A DNA stretch of 64,000 nt from a virus (Duplodnaviria > Caudoviricetes). Location of the stretch: the IMG/VR virus record IMGVR_UViG_3300037418_000840. The stretch is one strand, 5' to 3'. A model generated the notes under the pieces. The model was not told the DNA's origin. It made no database searches and saw only the letters and a program-made list of their open reading frames with translations. Of the stretch, positions 54,601 to 63,570 are shown one piece after another. Each line of letters starts with the position of its first letter. The stretch's first letter is position 1. Made by a program: the position numbers and the translations under genes.

Positions 54601-55707
54601 AGACGTGCCTGCAATCGAAGCGTTAGTTGCACCGAGGCCATACGTGAACTGCAAGAAGCCCGTATTCAGCGCTTGAAACATGAAGGCACACGAAGACGCG
54701 GTGCCAAATGTCCACCAGCTGAGCAACGACGTATTGACCAACGCGGGCATGTAGACCCAGGTCTCGAACGTGAAGTCGCCAGACAGCTGGAAATTGGAAC
54801 TCGCTCCAGTCTGCAAAAAGCCAGACGAACCATCGAACCAGCACGAGCCTCCATACGTAGTCGTGCTGTAGGGCGTGCTGTTGTCGCCGAACGGATTGAG
54901 TCGTTGTATCGCTACAGTGCCCGATGCCGTGAACGCATAGGCGTTCGTGCTGTTGTCCAAGAATCGATTGGACTGACAGGTCAACAGTGCCGTATTGGTC
55001 ACTGCCGTCAATGGCGATGTCGATGGAGTAAAGGCTGCCGTGTAGACCGCCGTGCCATTGACAACCCGCAGATTCGACAGATAACCGTTCAATCGCGTGG
55101 CACCCGTGCCCGCACCGAAACCGAGATACAGATTGGTCGCCGCGTAGGTCGACGAATCAGTCACTGTCGTTACCAGTGCTCCGTTGACGAACAATCGACC
55201 TGTGGTCCCTTGTCGTGCATAAGCTACGTGGATCCATGATCCAAGTGGGATGTCCGAAGTCGATGCGTCCTGCGCCGCGACTGTAGTTCCATTAGTGAAG
55301 GTCAGCGAACCGCCGCTCAAGCCCAGCGACCAGCCGCTGAGATTTGATGCATTACGTGTGTCGATGAACAACGCATTGTTTGACTGAGCTATCTCCAGAT
55401 TCACCCAGGTCTCGACTGTGAAGTCTGCGACACCGAATGCGAGGGCACTGGTAGCCGTCGCAGTCAGGTAGCCGGTCACGCCGTCAAACATGGTACTCCA
55501 GTTGGCTCCGTACGGCGTGAACGTACCCTCGGTCGCGTTACCTCCGTGACTAAGGGTCGGCAAGTTTGTTGCCTTGAACGTGTTGTTGGCCGCCCCGCTC
55601 GCCCCGTTACCATGCATTAACATGGCTACGTTCTTGAAGTTTGAATCGGTTGGAGCCACTACTGATCCGCTCTTCAGTGCAGCCAATAGAAGTCGATTTG
55701 AGCCCAT
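51616..55707 (-). CDS. multi-LamG/concanavalin A-like adhesin (six domains)
   Basis: Six copies of FT(V/F/A/I)ExW ... WxH(V/F/L)A ... NG/DG ... R(V/I/L); 1363 aa. Confidence 0.88.
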   Translation of the reverse strand: MGSNRLLLAALKSGSVVAPTDSNFKNVAMLMHGNGASGAANNTFKATNLPTLSHGGNATEGTFTPYGANWSTMFDGVTGYLTATATSALAFGVADFTVETWVNLEIAQSNNALFIDTRNASNLSGWSLGLSGGSLTFTNGTTVAAQDASTSDIPLGSWIHVAYARQGTTGRLFVNGALVTTVTDSSTYAATNLYLGFGAGTGATRLNGYLSNLRVVNGTAVYTAAFTPSTSPLTAVTNTALLTCQSNRFLDNSTNAYAFTASGTVAIQRLNPFGDNSTPYSTTTYGGSCWFDGSSGFLQTGASSNFQLSGDFTFETWVYMPALVNTSLLSWWTFGTASSCAFMFQALNTGFLQFTYGLGATNASIAGTSAKIVPGAWNHVAITRQGSTVRFFVNGVLDATTGTVSGALNSATQPVLLGADNNQSGFTAHNFFSGYLTGLRLVNGTALYTASFTPSTSIPANVASTALLYNAQTAGTSGVYDNAMQHELLTVGTAQISSAQSKFSTTSLYFSGALANSVYPTLSARGTYLQLGSVNFTAEAWIYPTSASETAQIMGCAKNGTNSDWLFYLNAGKLAFHWNNSTDLTSTSSPAANAWSHVAAMRSGNTLYLFINGTQVGSAAMSGSVGSSTGDYFTVGADATWASMPFTGYMEDIRVTLGVARYATTGFTAPSAAFPNSISSDTYFNNVALLVHGTGQNAYANNVFAATMPSSQISLTSTGSPFEGTFTPYGSNWSTHLNGAAASYLTYGASTSAAPGNQTFTIEMWAMFETLPTTIGSAGEYVMWQKGRTGTNNFELALGVQVITGGAYQMLVQFSNGDGVTIVNANSSNISLTAGTWHHFAITQVGGSGACTFFFDGQLMNTFNHGVTNMYLGIGAAAIGNNNVGTNPVWGGHVSNVRVVFGSRVYTANFTPSTAPLTAITGTNFLSCQSNRWIDNSTNAWAISVGGTPAIRRFNPFGDNGTPYASSKYAGSCYFAGGGTNLSYAASSSFGFGTGAFTIECWMYMQSVNSNACNLVDLRSAVAAQATALQVNASGQLAFYDGPNNTVYSDSTALALNTWYHVALTRDNFGVWRLFKNGVQVATVTAADNLGSSQPILIGQAINGTTQGFNGFISDLRIVNGSAVYTATFTPPIAPLSTAVVDTSFLYNATDVATGVLDNALQQTVQTLGNTAIVTSQSKFNGSSIDFDGSNQSTLIAVPNNQLPVWSAVDWTVEGWWYVRTYSGSASNGFWAQRTSNNNYTPMMVELNNGVFQAYLSSSGSAWAVTISTSTTVTLNTWFHLALVRSGGTVTLYLNGVSIGSGSIGSSALMASTSPLAVGANSTSLDVAGNVVLSAFLNDFRITYGVARYTANFTPPTAAFPDQ

Positions 55708-55753
55708 ATAAAATCCTATCTATAGAGAGCGGGCCTAGGCCCGCCCTCATCGA

Positions 55754-56323
55754 CTACCATCCAGTAGTGAAATCGTACGTCCGTACATCCGACACCAAAG
55801 TCAACGCCATGATGGCATCATGATGCTTCCTTTCGTTTGTGAACGCGTTCTGGATTTGCGCCGTCATCGTGTTGAGAATTGCTGACGAGTCCGTCGGAGC
55901 CAACGATATCCAACCGTTCAATCCCTTGAAGTTGATGGTCAGATTATTGGTCACCGATTCACGCAGCACTGTAAATGCCTGCGTGTCAGTTGAGATCTGG
56001 ATCGTGTTATACACGACAGGCGCGTAGCTGATGGTCCATCGGTAGGCCGCCAGTTTGGCCAGCAATATCTGCTGACATTGGTCCAGCGGTAAGTCCGTAG
56101 TGGTCCATGCCTGAGTATAACTACCGTCCGCGTTCTGTGTCGGTGTTCCTGGCTCGTATGATGAATACTCATCATTTGGGCTAGGTGTGTTGACCAAGAC
56201 TGCAACGTTGAAGGCAGCGACATCGGCCTGGGTTAGCACCGCTGGAAACGAGACATTCGGATTCCGTTGTCGAAGCTCAGCCTCCGACAATGGAGTCATC
56301 GTCAAAAGATCGATCAAATTCAT
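55754..56323 (-). CDS. DUF4376-like fibre-associated protein
   Basis: LRQRNPNVSFP N-terminus; LAAYRW...ISTD...INFKGLNGWISL...IQNAFTNE. Confidence 0.72.
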   Translation of the reverse strand: MNLIDLLTMTPLSEAELRQRNPNVSFPAVLTQADVAAFNVAVLVNTPSPNDEYSSYEPGTPTQNADGSYTQAWTTTDLPLDQCQQILLAKLAAYRWTISYAPVVYNTIQISTDTQAFTVLRESVTNNLTINFKGLNGWISLAPTDSSAILNTMTAQIQNAFTNERKHHDAIMALTLVSDVRTYDFTTGW

Positions 56324-56338
56324 TTCATGCCTCATATC

Positions 56339-59300
56339 TTAATGAACGTTAGGTCCGATGACAAACACCATGTAAGTCGATGTCGTCGTGTCATAGACTA
56401 CACCCAAAAGGTCAGTTCCCGATACGGTCAGTGACGGCGCAGTTCCGGACGCAAACTGTGTTCCTGCAGGCCACGTAATCGTCGAGGATCCGCCGTTGGT
56501 AATCCGCAGATAGGCAACCTCACTAATGCCCGCCGCCAACGTGTTCGTGAAGGCGATGGTTGTCGCACCTGCGATGGTCATCGTCCATTCGCTGGCAGTC
56601 CCCAAGTTCAGGGTCTGCGTGCCGGACACCGAACCGAGGGCGGTCACCGTGAAGCTATATGCATCACTCTGCGTACGACCTGTGATAGTCGGACTTGCGT
56701 TCAACAGTCCACCAACACCTGTCACATCAGATGCTTGCAGTGTCACAGCACCCGTACGAGTGTTGAACGAAGTGACTGCGGTGATGCCCGACACAGCAGC
56801 CTGGACAAAGGCTGTGGTTGCGAGTTGAGTCGTATTCGTTCCTGCGGTCGCCGTAGGAGCCGTTGGTGTCCCAGTGAACGCCGGGCTTGCCAACAACGCG
56901 CCTCCAACACCAGTCACGTCTGCAGCCTGGAGCGTTACGTTCCCAGTACGATTGTTGAACGTATAGACCGTGGCCGTGGTTGCGATCAAGATCATTCCTG
57001 CTGATCCTGCGGCCAAGAACGTGTAGACCACGCCATTCGTCAAGGTGAACGTTGTTCCTGCTCCGTTGTTGACCTTAACCTGATAGCCAAGACCACCGTC
57101 GCTCGCTTGGTTGTAGACAGTCCACTTACCTGTCGACGGGAAGGTTACGACGGGATTACCGCCAAGCGTTCCAGTGAACTCGATCGCTGAGTAACTGTAT
57201 TGCTGAGGCGACAGCGAGAACGAGTTGGCCGAAGCAAAACCGTTCAGCGAGATACTGAGCAGACCCTGTGTCGCACCATAGACGTAGTTGGTGGTCGCCA
57301 GCGTTGTCGAGTTGTCACCGACCCCAGCCGTAGGAGCCGTTGGTGTCCCCGTGAACGCCGGGCTTGCCAACAGAGCTCCGCCTACACCTGTAACGTCCGA
57401 CGCCTGAAGCGTGACTGCCCCAGTACGAGTGTTGAACGACGTGACTGACGCACCACCAATCGCTGCCTGAACGAAGGCTGTGGTCGCGAGTTGTGTCGTA
57501 TTCGTACCCGGAGCAGCCGTAGGTGCGGTAGGAACTCCAGTGAATGCAGGACCTGCGAGAGGTGCCGCACCACTGACGTCAGCTACAGCTAGAGTGACCG
57601 CGCCCGTACGTCCTGCTACTGACGTGACATTGGCACTAATCGTACCGTCAGCAGCGATGGTGACGCCGGCTCCCTGCTTGACCCCACCGAGTGATGTTCC
57701 AGTCGCAGCCGCAACCGACAGATTACCCGACGCGTCAACCGACAGACCGCCACTGTTCGGGACAATGACACCACCCAGCGTCGTAGCCGTTGCTGGAGTG
57801 ATGACGTTGACCGCCACGTTGGCATTGATGACCCCAAGCGAGCCGATGGACAACACGTGAGCCGATTCATTTTGAGGCACCACGTAGGTCGATCCAGCAC
57901 CGTTGGCAATCGTTACGTGGAACGATCCTGTCGTGTTGTTGTACATCGTCCACTGTCCGCTCGAAGGGACGGTGAGCGTCACGTCAGCAGTCAGTACACC
58001 GGTGAACTCAAGAACTTGACCACCGTATTGCGCGCTTGTCAACGTCTCGTTCACGTTGCTGAGCGGAATACTCACGGTGTTCAACAGCGTGTTCTGCACG
58101 AAGGCCGTGGTCGACAACGTCGTTGAATTATCGCCGATGGCTGCCGTTGGTGCCGTGGGCAAGCCCGTGAAGGCCGGACTCGCCAACAGAGCTCCACCAA
58201 CGCCGGTAACGTCCGAGGCTTGCAACGTCACGGCTCCAGCCCGTCCGTTGAAGGACGACACGCCAAGCGTGTTGAGTACCGAGTGAACAAATGCCGTTGT
58301 AGCCAGATGTTGCGAATTATCGGACGTTGCTTGAGTGACGGCCACCGTATTAGTCGCCTGCACTCCATTGACACCATCAGCAAACACAGTCCAGATTTCG
58401 CCTGACGGAATCGTTACTGTAGCACCCGATCCGTTGGACATAGTTGCAGCAAATGCCAACGTGTTCCAGAAAGTCCAACGACCAGTGTTTGGCACAGTGA
58501 TCGTCGGTGGAGATGATGGGCTACCACCAAGGACAACCGTCGGATACGTGTATTGCTCGAACGTCAAGGCTTGCGATCCTGAGATCGCTGCGGTAATCAC
58601 TCCTTGGGTCAACAGTGAAACCGAGTTCAGGTTCATCACCTGAGTGCCAGTCACACTTGCCAGATTGATGTCTGGCGTTGTTGGCGCACCAGTGAAGGCG
58701 GGACTCGCAAGAGGAGCTCCGCCTACACCAGTCACATCGCTCAGCTGGAGAGTTACTGCACCCGTCCGTGTGTTGAACGACGTCACACCCTGAGCTTGAA
58801 CTGCGGCCGTAACAAACGCAGTAGTTGCAATCTGCGTGTTGTTTGTGCCCGGAGCCGCTGTCGGAGCCGTCGGTGTCCCAGTAAACGAAGGACTCGCGAG
58901 AAGTGCGCCACCAACTCCACTGACATCTGACGCTTGCAGTGTCACAGCACCTGTCCGCGTGTTGAACGAAGACACGCCTGACGCATTGATAGCCGCCGTA
59001 ACGAAGGCGGTGGTAGCAAGTTGATCAGTGTTCGTACCAGGAGCAGCAGTGGGGGCCGTCGGTGTCCCAGTAAACGAAGGACTAGCCAGCAATGCGCCAC
59101 CGACACCCGTCACGTCTGAGGCTTGCAATGTGACGGCACCGATACGTGTGTTGAATGACGATACGCCGGACGAGTTGATCGCCGCAATGACAAACGCAGT
59201 AGTCGCCAGCTGATCAGTGTTCGTTCCTGGGGCAGCCGTCGGCGCCGTGGGCACACCGGTGAACGCAGGACCAGCGAGGAGCGCGCCCCCAACGGTTGAC

Positions 59301-60586
59301 ACGTCACCGGCGGTCAATGACACTGCTCCAGGCCGACCATTGAACGTAGTGACGCCTGCGTTGGATATATTGCCCGACGCGTCCACGTTCAAGCCTGACC
59401 CCGACGGCACGATCACGCCACCAAGTCCAGTCTGGGTGGCCGGCGCTACTGACAGATCACCCGACGCGTCTACGTTCAAACCTGTCTTGACGATGACCGA
59501 TCCAAGTGTCGTGGTCGTCGCTGGAGGAACCGAAAAGGCGACCAAGGCATTGTGGACAAACGCAGTCGTGGCTAACGTCGTTGAATTGTCTCCAGTGGTC
59601 GCCGTCGGAGCCGTTGGGACACCCGTGAACGCAGGACTAGCGAGAAGTGCACCACCGACGCCCGTTACATCTGCGGCCTGGAGAGATATGGCTCCTGTGC
59701 GACCATTGAACGACTGTACGTCTGCGGACAGCGAACCACCGACAGTCACGGACAGACCGGCACCAACACTTACGCCACCAACGGCCAACGTCGTAGCCAC
59801 TGGAAGGTCAGTCCCTTCAATAGCACGGAAGGCTGGAACGTTGGCCGATCCAGATGCAGGACCCGAGAAGAAGGTCTTTGCGTTCTGACTTGAGAGCGTG
59901 GCCGTCAACGTTCCAGTGGTGGTCACCGGTGAACCTGAAACGTTGAAGATCGACGGCATACCCAAGGCCACCGATTGAACGCTTCCGGATGCTGTGCCTG
60001 ACACCAACAGATCACCGTTAGCATCGACCGAGATCGTAATATTGGCCCCACCTGCTACTTTGCGAAGCTTGATGTTGGCCGTCGTGGCCCCACCATCGAC
60101 GATGATGGACGTGCCAGTACCCGCCGCGTCTGTCGCCTGAACTACTACATTTCCGGCTCCGTCCGGTGCTTGACTGGACACCGAGCGCACGTCACCGGCG
60201 TTCACGTTAGGAACGTAGACTGCTCCCCACAAAGAGGTCACACCTGCCGATACCGTAGTTCCTGCAATCTGGACCGAGTTCTTCCACAGTTGAGCGTTGA
60301 ACGGAAGTCCAGTGTAATCAGCAGTCATCTGATAGAAGACTTCTATCGAGCTACCGCTAATGATCGCATTCGTGATCGCGAGATACGGAATGACCAGTCG
60401 CCATGATGTGCCATTCCAAAGATACATGCCGTTTGCCAGCGAATCCCCCCTGGCGAGAACTACGATTGGGGGATTTGGAGTCATTCCGGGAGCAGTCAGC
60501 GGCAACTCTGATACCCAGGGAGCTACTACTGAACCCGATGCAGCACCCTGATGCAGAGTCACTGGATAATAGAAAACGCTTTCCAT
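56339..60586 (-). CDS. long tail fibre with repeated shaft modules
   Basis: 1415 aa from ATG 60586; about 10 copies of SFNTRTGAVTL...SPAFTGTPTAPT...LATTAFV; three internal globular modules. Confidence 0.9.
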   Translation of the reverse strand: MESVFYYPVTLHQGAASGSVVAPWVSELPLTAPGMTPNPPIVVLARGDSLANGMYLWNGTSWRLVIPYLAITNAIISGSSIEVFYQMTADYTGLPFNAQLWKNSVQIAGTTVSAGVTSLWGAVYVPNVNAGDVRSVSSQAPDGAGNVVVQATDAAGTGTSIIVDGGATTANIKLRKVAGGANITISVDANGDLLVSGTASGSVQSVALGMPSIFNVSGSPVTTTGTLTATLSSQNAKTFFSGPASGSANVPAFRAIEGTDLPVATTLAVGGVSVGAGLSVTVGGSLSADVQSFNGRTGAISLQAADVTGVGGALLASPAFTGVPTAPTATTGDNSTTLATTAFVHNALVAFSVPPATTTTLGSVIVKTGLNVDASGDLSVAPATQTGLGGVIVPSGSGLNVDASGNISNAGVTTFNGRPGAVSLTAGDVSTVGGALLAGPAFTGVPTAPTAAPGTNTDQLATTAFVIAAINSSGVSSFNTRIGAVTLQASDVTGVGGALLASPSFTGTPTAPTAAPGTNTDQLATTAFVTAAINASGVSSFNTRTGAVTLQASDVSGVGGALLASPSFTGTPTAPTAAPGTNNTQIATTAFVTAAVQAQGVTSFNTRTGAVTLQLSDVTGVGGAPLASPAFTGAPTTPDINLASVTGTQVMNLNSVSLLTQGVITAAISGSQALTFEQYTYPTVVLGGSPSSPPTITVPNTGRWTFWNTLAFAATMSNGSGATVTIPSGEIWTVFADGVNGVQATNTVAVTQATSDNSQHLATTAFVHSVLNTLGVSSFNGRAGAVTLQASDVTGVGGALLASPAFTGLPTAPTAAIGDNSTTLSTTAFVQNTLLNTVSIPLSNVNETLTSAQYGGQVLEFTGVLTADVTLTVPSSGQWTMYNNTTGSFHVTIANGAGSTYVVPQNESAHVLSIGSLGVINANVAVNVITPATATTLGGVIVPNSGGLSVDASGNLSVAAATGTSLGGVKQGAGVTIAADGTISANVTSVAGRTGAVTLAVADVSGAAPLAGPAFTGVPTAPTAAPGTNTTQLATTAFVQAAIGGASVTSFNTRTGAVTLQASDVTGVGGALLASPAFTGTPTAPTAGVGDNSTTLATTNYVYGATQGLLSISLNGFASANSFSLSPQQYSYSAIEFTGTLGGNPVVTFPSTGKWTVYNQASDGGLGYQVKVNNGAGTTFTLTNGVVYTFLAAGSAGMILIATTATVYTFNNRTGNVTLQAADVTGVGGALLASPAFTGTPTAPTATAGTNTTQLATTAFVQAAVSGITAVTSFNTRTGAVTLQASDVTGVGGLLNASPTITGRTQSDAYSFTVTALGSVSGTQTLNLGTASEWTMTIAGATTIAFTNTLAAGISEVAYLRITNGGSSTITWPAGTQFASGTAPSLTVSGTDLLGVVYDTTTSTYMVFVIGPNVH
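58650..59345 (-). repeat. 189-bp-period coding tandem repeats in the tail fibre
   Basis: Near-identical units offset by 189 nt (e.g. GTGTTCGT(A/T)CC(A/T)GG at 59028 and 59217). Confidence 0.85.
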
Positions 60587-60610
60587 CACGGTTCCCTTTG
60601 AATGTTCAAA

Positions 60611-60636
60611 GGGCCGGTCCAATTCCGGACCGGCCC
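60611..60636 (-). terminator. perfect 10-bp hairpin after the endolysin gene
   Basis: GGGCCGGTCC aattcc GGACCGGCCC followed by TTTG on the - strand. Confidence 0.6.
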
Positions 60637-60641
60637 TCGCT

Positions 60642-61334
60642 TTACCATACGAAAATTTTGTTGGCTTTATTGAGCACTACGAGACGCTGTTGCACCAAGG
60701 TCGTCAACTGCTGGCCGGTCGCCCCGTTGATCCTATGCGTCGTCTCAGTAAATGCGTCGAGATCTGCCTGTGCGTTCAGCTGATTCTTATTCCAGAACCA
60801 ACCGGCACTAAGCATCGCATCCTTCGGTTGCGCAACCAGATCAGGGGCCGCTACGATGTGACCATCTCCATATACGTCACTGTCGTACGCGGCGTAATTG
60901 CCACGCCCCGTCAAATGGAAACCACCACGACCACGAAAAGCCCAGCCATCGCCCGATGCAAGGTCACCATTGCCATTGCGATTGGCGTACACAAAGTTGG
61001 CGAGCTTCTGTGGATTCTTGACATAGTCTGGAGCATAGCCCTTGACCTGTCCTAGGACACCGCCGAGTACAGCCGGCATGTCCATCGTAAAGTGAGACGG
61101 CCACACTTCACACAAGCGTTCGGCCGTCGTATAATTCAAATTCTCGGACCAGAAGGTAAAACCTTCCGTCTCGTAGAAGGCTTGACTCACGAAGTAACGG
61201 ATTCGCCTCGGAGATTGATCGACTTGAAAACGATTCGCAGTCTCGTTGATTGAATCAGTGAGCTGAATGATGAGTGCTTTGTCGACCGACGTAGCGAACT
61301 GCATCATCTGTTCCAACGTTACTTGATAAGCCAT
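60642..61334 (-). CDS. endolysin, glycoside hydrolase family 19
   Basis: SQAFYETEGF...ENLNY, GDGWAFRGRGGFHLTGRGNY, SAGWFW, THRING. Confidence 0.92.
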   Translation of the reverse strand: MAYQVTLEQMMQFATSVDKALIIQLTDSINETANRFQVDQSPRRIRYFVSQAFYETEGFTFWSENLNYTTAERLCEVWPSHFTMDMPAVLGGVLGQVKGYAPDYVKNPQKLANFVYANRNGNGDLASGDGWAFRGRGGFHLTGRGNYAAYDSDVYGDGHIVAAPDLVAQPKDAMLSAGWFWNKNQLNAQADLDAFTETTHRINGATGQQLTTLVQQRLVVLNKANKIFVW

Positions 61335-61343
61335 AAAGGCCTC

Positions 61344-61820
61344 CTACTTATTAGGTACGACAAGGGTCGCTGCTGTTATGAAGATCGTTCCGTTCTTCAA
61401 TGGATTGAACGGATAGACCGCTTCGACTTGGATCAGGTATGTTCCTGGAACGAGTGCCGTTGGAACTGAGAGATCACCAATGGCAGCCAAGCTAATGTCG
61501 GTCGGATCCTTGACTAGCATGTCCGGGAATACATACCGCGAATCCCCATGCTGATCTTCGATCCATATGTGGTACACAACTCGACTAGCATCGACCTGAG
61601 TGGTGAACGTCGATTGAAGATGGATGGATTCTCCAGCAGAGGCGATCAGCGTTTGATCGGTCTGCACATAGTTGATTGAGGGCGCGCGTTCGAACCCCCA
61701 GACGATGGTGGCGCAGACCAGCCCGGCCAACATCAAAGGAGAGACCACCGTGAACAACCCATCGAAGAAAGCTAGGGCTTGTTTCACGGCAGTCGTCTGT
61801 AGCTTCGTACTGTGAATCAC
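61344..61820 (-). CDS. single-TM protein with periplasmic beta domain in the lysis cassette
   Basis: TM LMLAGLVCATIVWGF; lies between holin and endolysin. Confidence 0.7.
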   Translation of the reverse strand: MIHSTKLQTTAVKQALAFFDGLFTVVSPLMLAGLVCATIVWGFERAPSINYVQTDQTLIASAGESIHLQSTFTTQVDASRVVYHIWIEDQHGDSRYVFPDMLVKDPTDISLAAIGDLSVPTALVPGTYLIQVEAVYPFNPLKNGTIFITAATLVVPNK

Positions 61821-61823
61821 GGT

Positions 61824-62219
61824 TTATTCCCCTTCTTTCGGACCGCCCGTCGGCTGGGGGTTCACCTCGACCTTAACTACGACGCCGTCCTCGCTCTTCT
61901 CTTCGAGCTCGGAGCTTGGGGGCAGCCCAAGACGCAGACGATACAGGTTTTCAATTTCACGGAGAGCCCGTGTGCCCATGAGTCCGGATGTCGAAATCAA
62001 GACTGCCGACAACGGACCACTGATATTCGCCCATTCACATATCCAGAATGTCATCAGGCCAGCAAATCCGGCGGTGACTAAATCCCGAACGAGGATCACC
62101 CAACTGAAGCGTGTGCTCTTCTGGTTGAGATACTTGACTGCACCCCCGATCAGAGCAAGGCCCAAGACCCATAGATACGTGGTCAGCGGATATCCGAACG
62201 GATCTTTGTTGTCAATCAT
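61824..62219 (-). CDS. holin (LydA / Phage_holin_3_3-like)
   Basis: Three TM segments, LALIGGAVKYL...GFAGLMTFWIC...SGLMGTRAL, charged C-terminal tail; GGAG SD. Confidence 0.85.
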   Translation of the reverse strand: MIDNKDPFGYPLTTYLWVLGLALIGGAVKYLNQKSTRFSWVILVRDLVTAGFAGLMTFWICEWANISGPLSAVLISTSGLMGTRALREIENLYRLRLGLPPSSELEEKSEDGVVVKVEVNPQPTGGPKEGE

Positions 62220-62344
62220 AGTTGCTCCAGATTTCTTTAATCTCAACTCCTAGTTGCTGTGCGGTTGCTGCTACCCGTAGCAGACGTAAAATTGCCCGTA
62301 CCGACGAATTTGACTACCAGTAAATAGACACAAAGGAGATGATC

Positions 62345-62635
62345 ATGGCCAAACTATTTCGTGGCTTCAGCATGACGCAGGTGGCTGCGCGTGCGCTCGA
62401 CGATCCTCGAATGATCAAGAGTTTCGTCGAAACGCTCCTCGTGCAAAGCAACAACTTCGTGGACGTGCAGTTCGATACTGCTATGAGTACCATTAACGAC
62501 CGAGTCAAGCAGGAGTTCGGTCACGAGATTTCGATAACGGCAATGGACGTGGAGACAGGCGACACGGCAGACGAGTTCTCCGACGTCCTACTGTTTCAGA
62601 TCGATGTTGACGTACCCTCCAAGAGACTTCACTGA
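62345..62635 (+). CDS. hypothetical acidic protein
   Basis: AAGGAG SD, ATG 62345; TGATG overlap with the exonuclease. Confidence 0.7.
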   Translation: MAKLFRGFSMTQVAARALDDPRMIKSFVETLLVQSNNFVDVQFDTAMSTINDRVKQEFGHEISITAMDVETGDTADEFSDVLLFQIDVDVPSKRLH

Positions 62636-63570
62636 TGAAGCAGAAGCCAATTATTTTTGTTATTGATGGGAACTGGTATCTGCACAGATCGTTCTCGACT
62701 CTGAAGACTAATCGACCAATCGAGGAAGCACTGCCTTACCATTTCGTTTCGATGGTGGTCAAGGACGCACTGTTCGTCAAGGCCCGTCATCTGCTGGTTG
62801 CCTTTGACGGACCGAAGATATTCCGGTACAAGGTGTACCCACTGTACAAGCACAGTCGTAACAACAAGAAGGGGAGAGACCAGAATGATGATGACCAAAA
62901 ATCCAAGGACATCTACGAATTCCTGCCCGCCATCTTCAACCTACTCGACAAGGTGGGGATTGTCTATTATCAGCCCCGTAAGTACGAGGCCGATGACGTG
63001 CTCTGCGCAGTGGCTCGCCAATATGCGTTCGGAGATCGAGCGTCTAGCGATGTACCCGCTTTTCGATTCATTGGTGGGTGCCGCGACAAGGACGCGAACC
63101 AATATGTACAAGGCCCCCATATCCGGTTACTCGACAGTAGCGCGAAGGACAAGGACGGACAGCCCCGGCCCAAGTTTCTGGACGAGGCCGCCATCACAGA
63201 TGCGACAGGTCTGCGCCCTGATCAACATGCTGACTATCAAACATTAATCGGCGACAAGGGTGACGACATTCCGAAGATTCCAGGCTTTACACCAGTTCGC
63301 ACCAAGAAGATCCTCCAGAAGTACGGAACGCTTCGCCGTTGGTACAAGAAGTCACGTGCGGCACGGGCCGAACTAGCTCCGTATCTGGCAGACTTGGTCC
63401 GGAACAGGAAGCTCGTCACTCTAGTCGACGAAGCACTGCCACCCGGCACTCCCGAGGACTGGGTGCTGCCCCGAACCAAGGTCAACGATCCATTCCTGAC
63501 CAAGAACTATCACACGTATCATCTCTTCCTTTGGCCTAAGTCGAAGGGCTTGTTCGCCCGTCGCTCTTAG
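62635..63570 (+). CDS. 5'-3' exonuclease / flap endonuclease (T4 RNase H-like)
   Basis: FVIDGNWYLHRSF, VAFDG...FRYKVYPLYK, YEADDV, RDKD, LIGDKGDDIPKIPG. Confidence 0.92.
   Translation: MKQKPIIFVIDGNWYLHRSFSTLKTNRPIEEALPYHFVSMVVKDALFVKARHLLVAFDGPKIFRYKVYPLYKHSRNNKKGRDQNDDDQKSKDIYEFLPAIFNLLDKVGIVYYQPRKYEADDVLCAVARQYAFGDRASSDVPAFRFIGGCRDKDANQYVQGPHIRLLDSSAKDKDGQPRPKFLDEAAITDATGLRPDQHADYQTLIGDKGDDIPKIPGFTPVRTKKILQKYGTLRRWYKKSRAARAELAPYLADLVRNRKLVTLVDEALPPGTPEDWVLPRTKVNDPFLTKNYHTYHLFLWPKSKGLFARRS

Noticed and set aside
58650-59345. 189-bp repeats considered as a CRISPR array or DGR template/variable repeat
   Set aside because: Differences are at mixed bases rather than adenine-specific, no reverse transcriptase is present, and the repeats are ordinary fibre shaft modules.
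62219-62246. Possible dual-start holin/antiholin (TTG 62246 adding LRLKKSGAT)
   Set aside because: The AGGAG directly abuts the TTG with 0-nt spacing, so it is unlikely to initiate; only ATG 62219 has a properly spaced SD.
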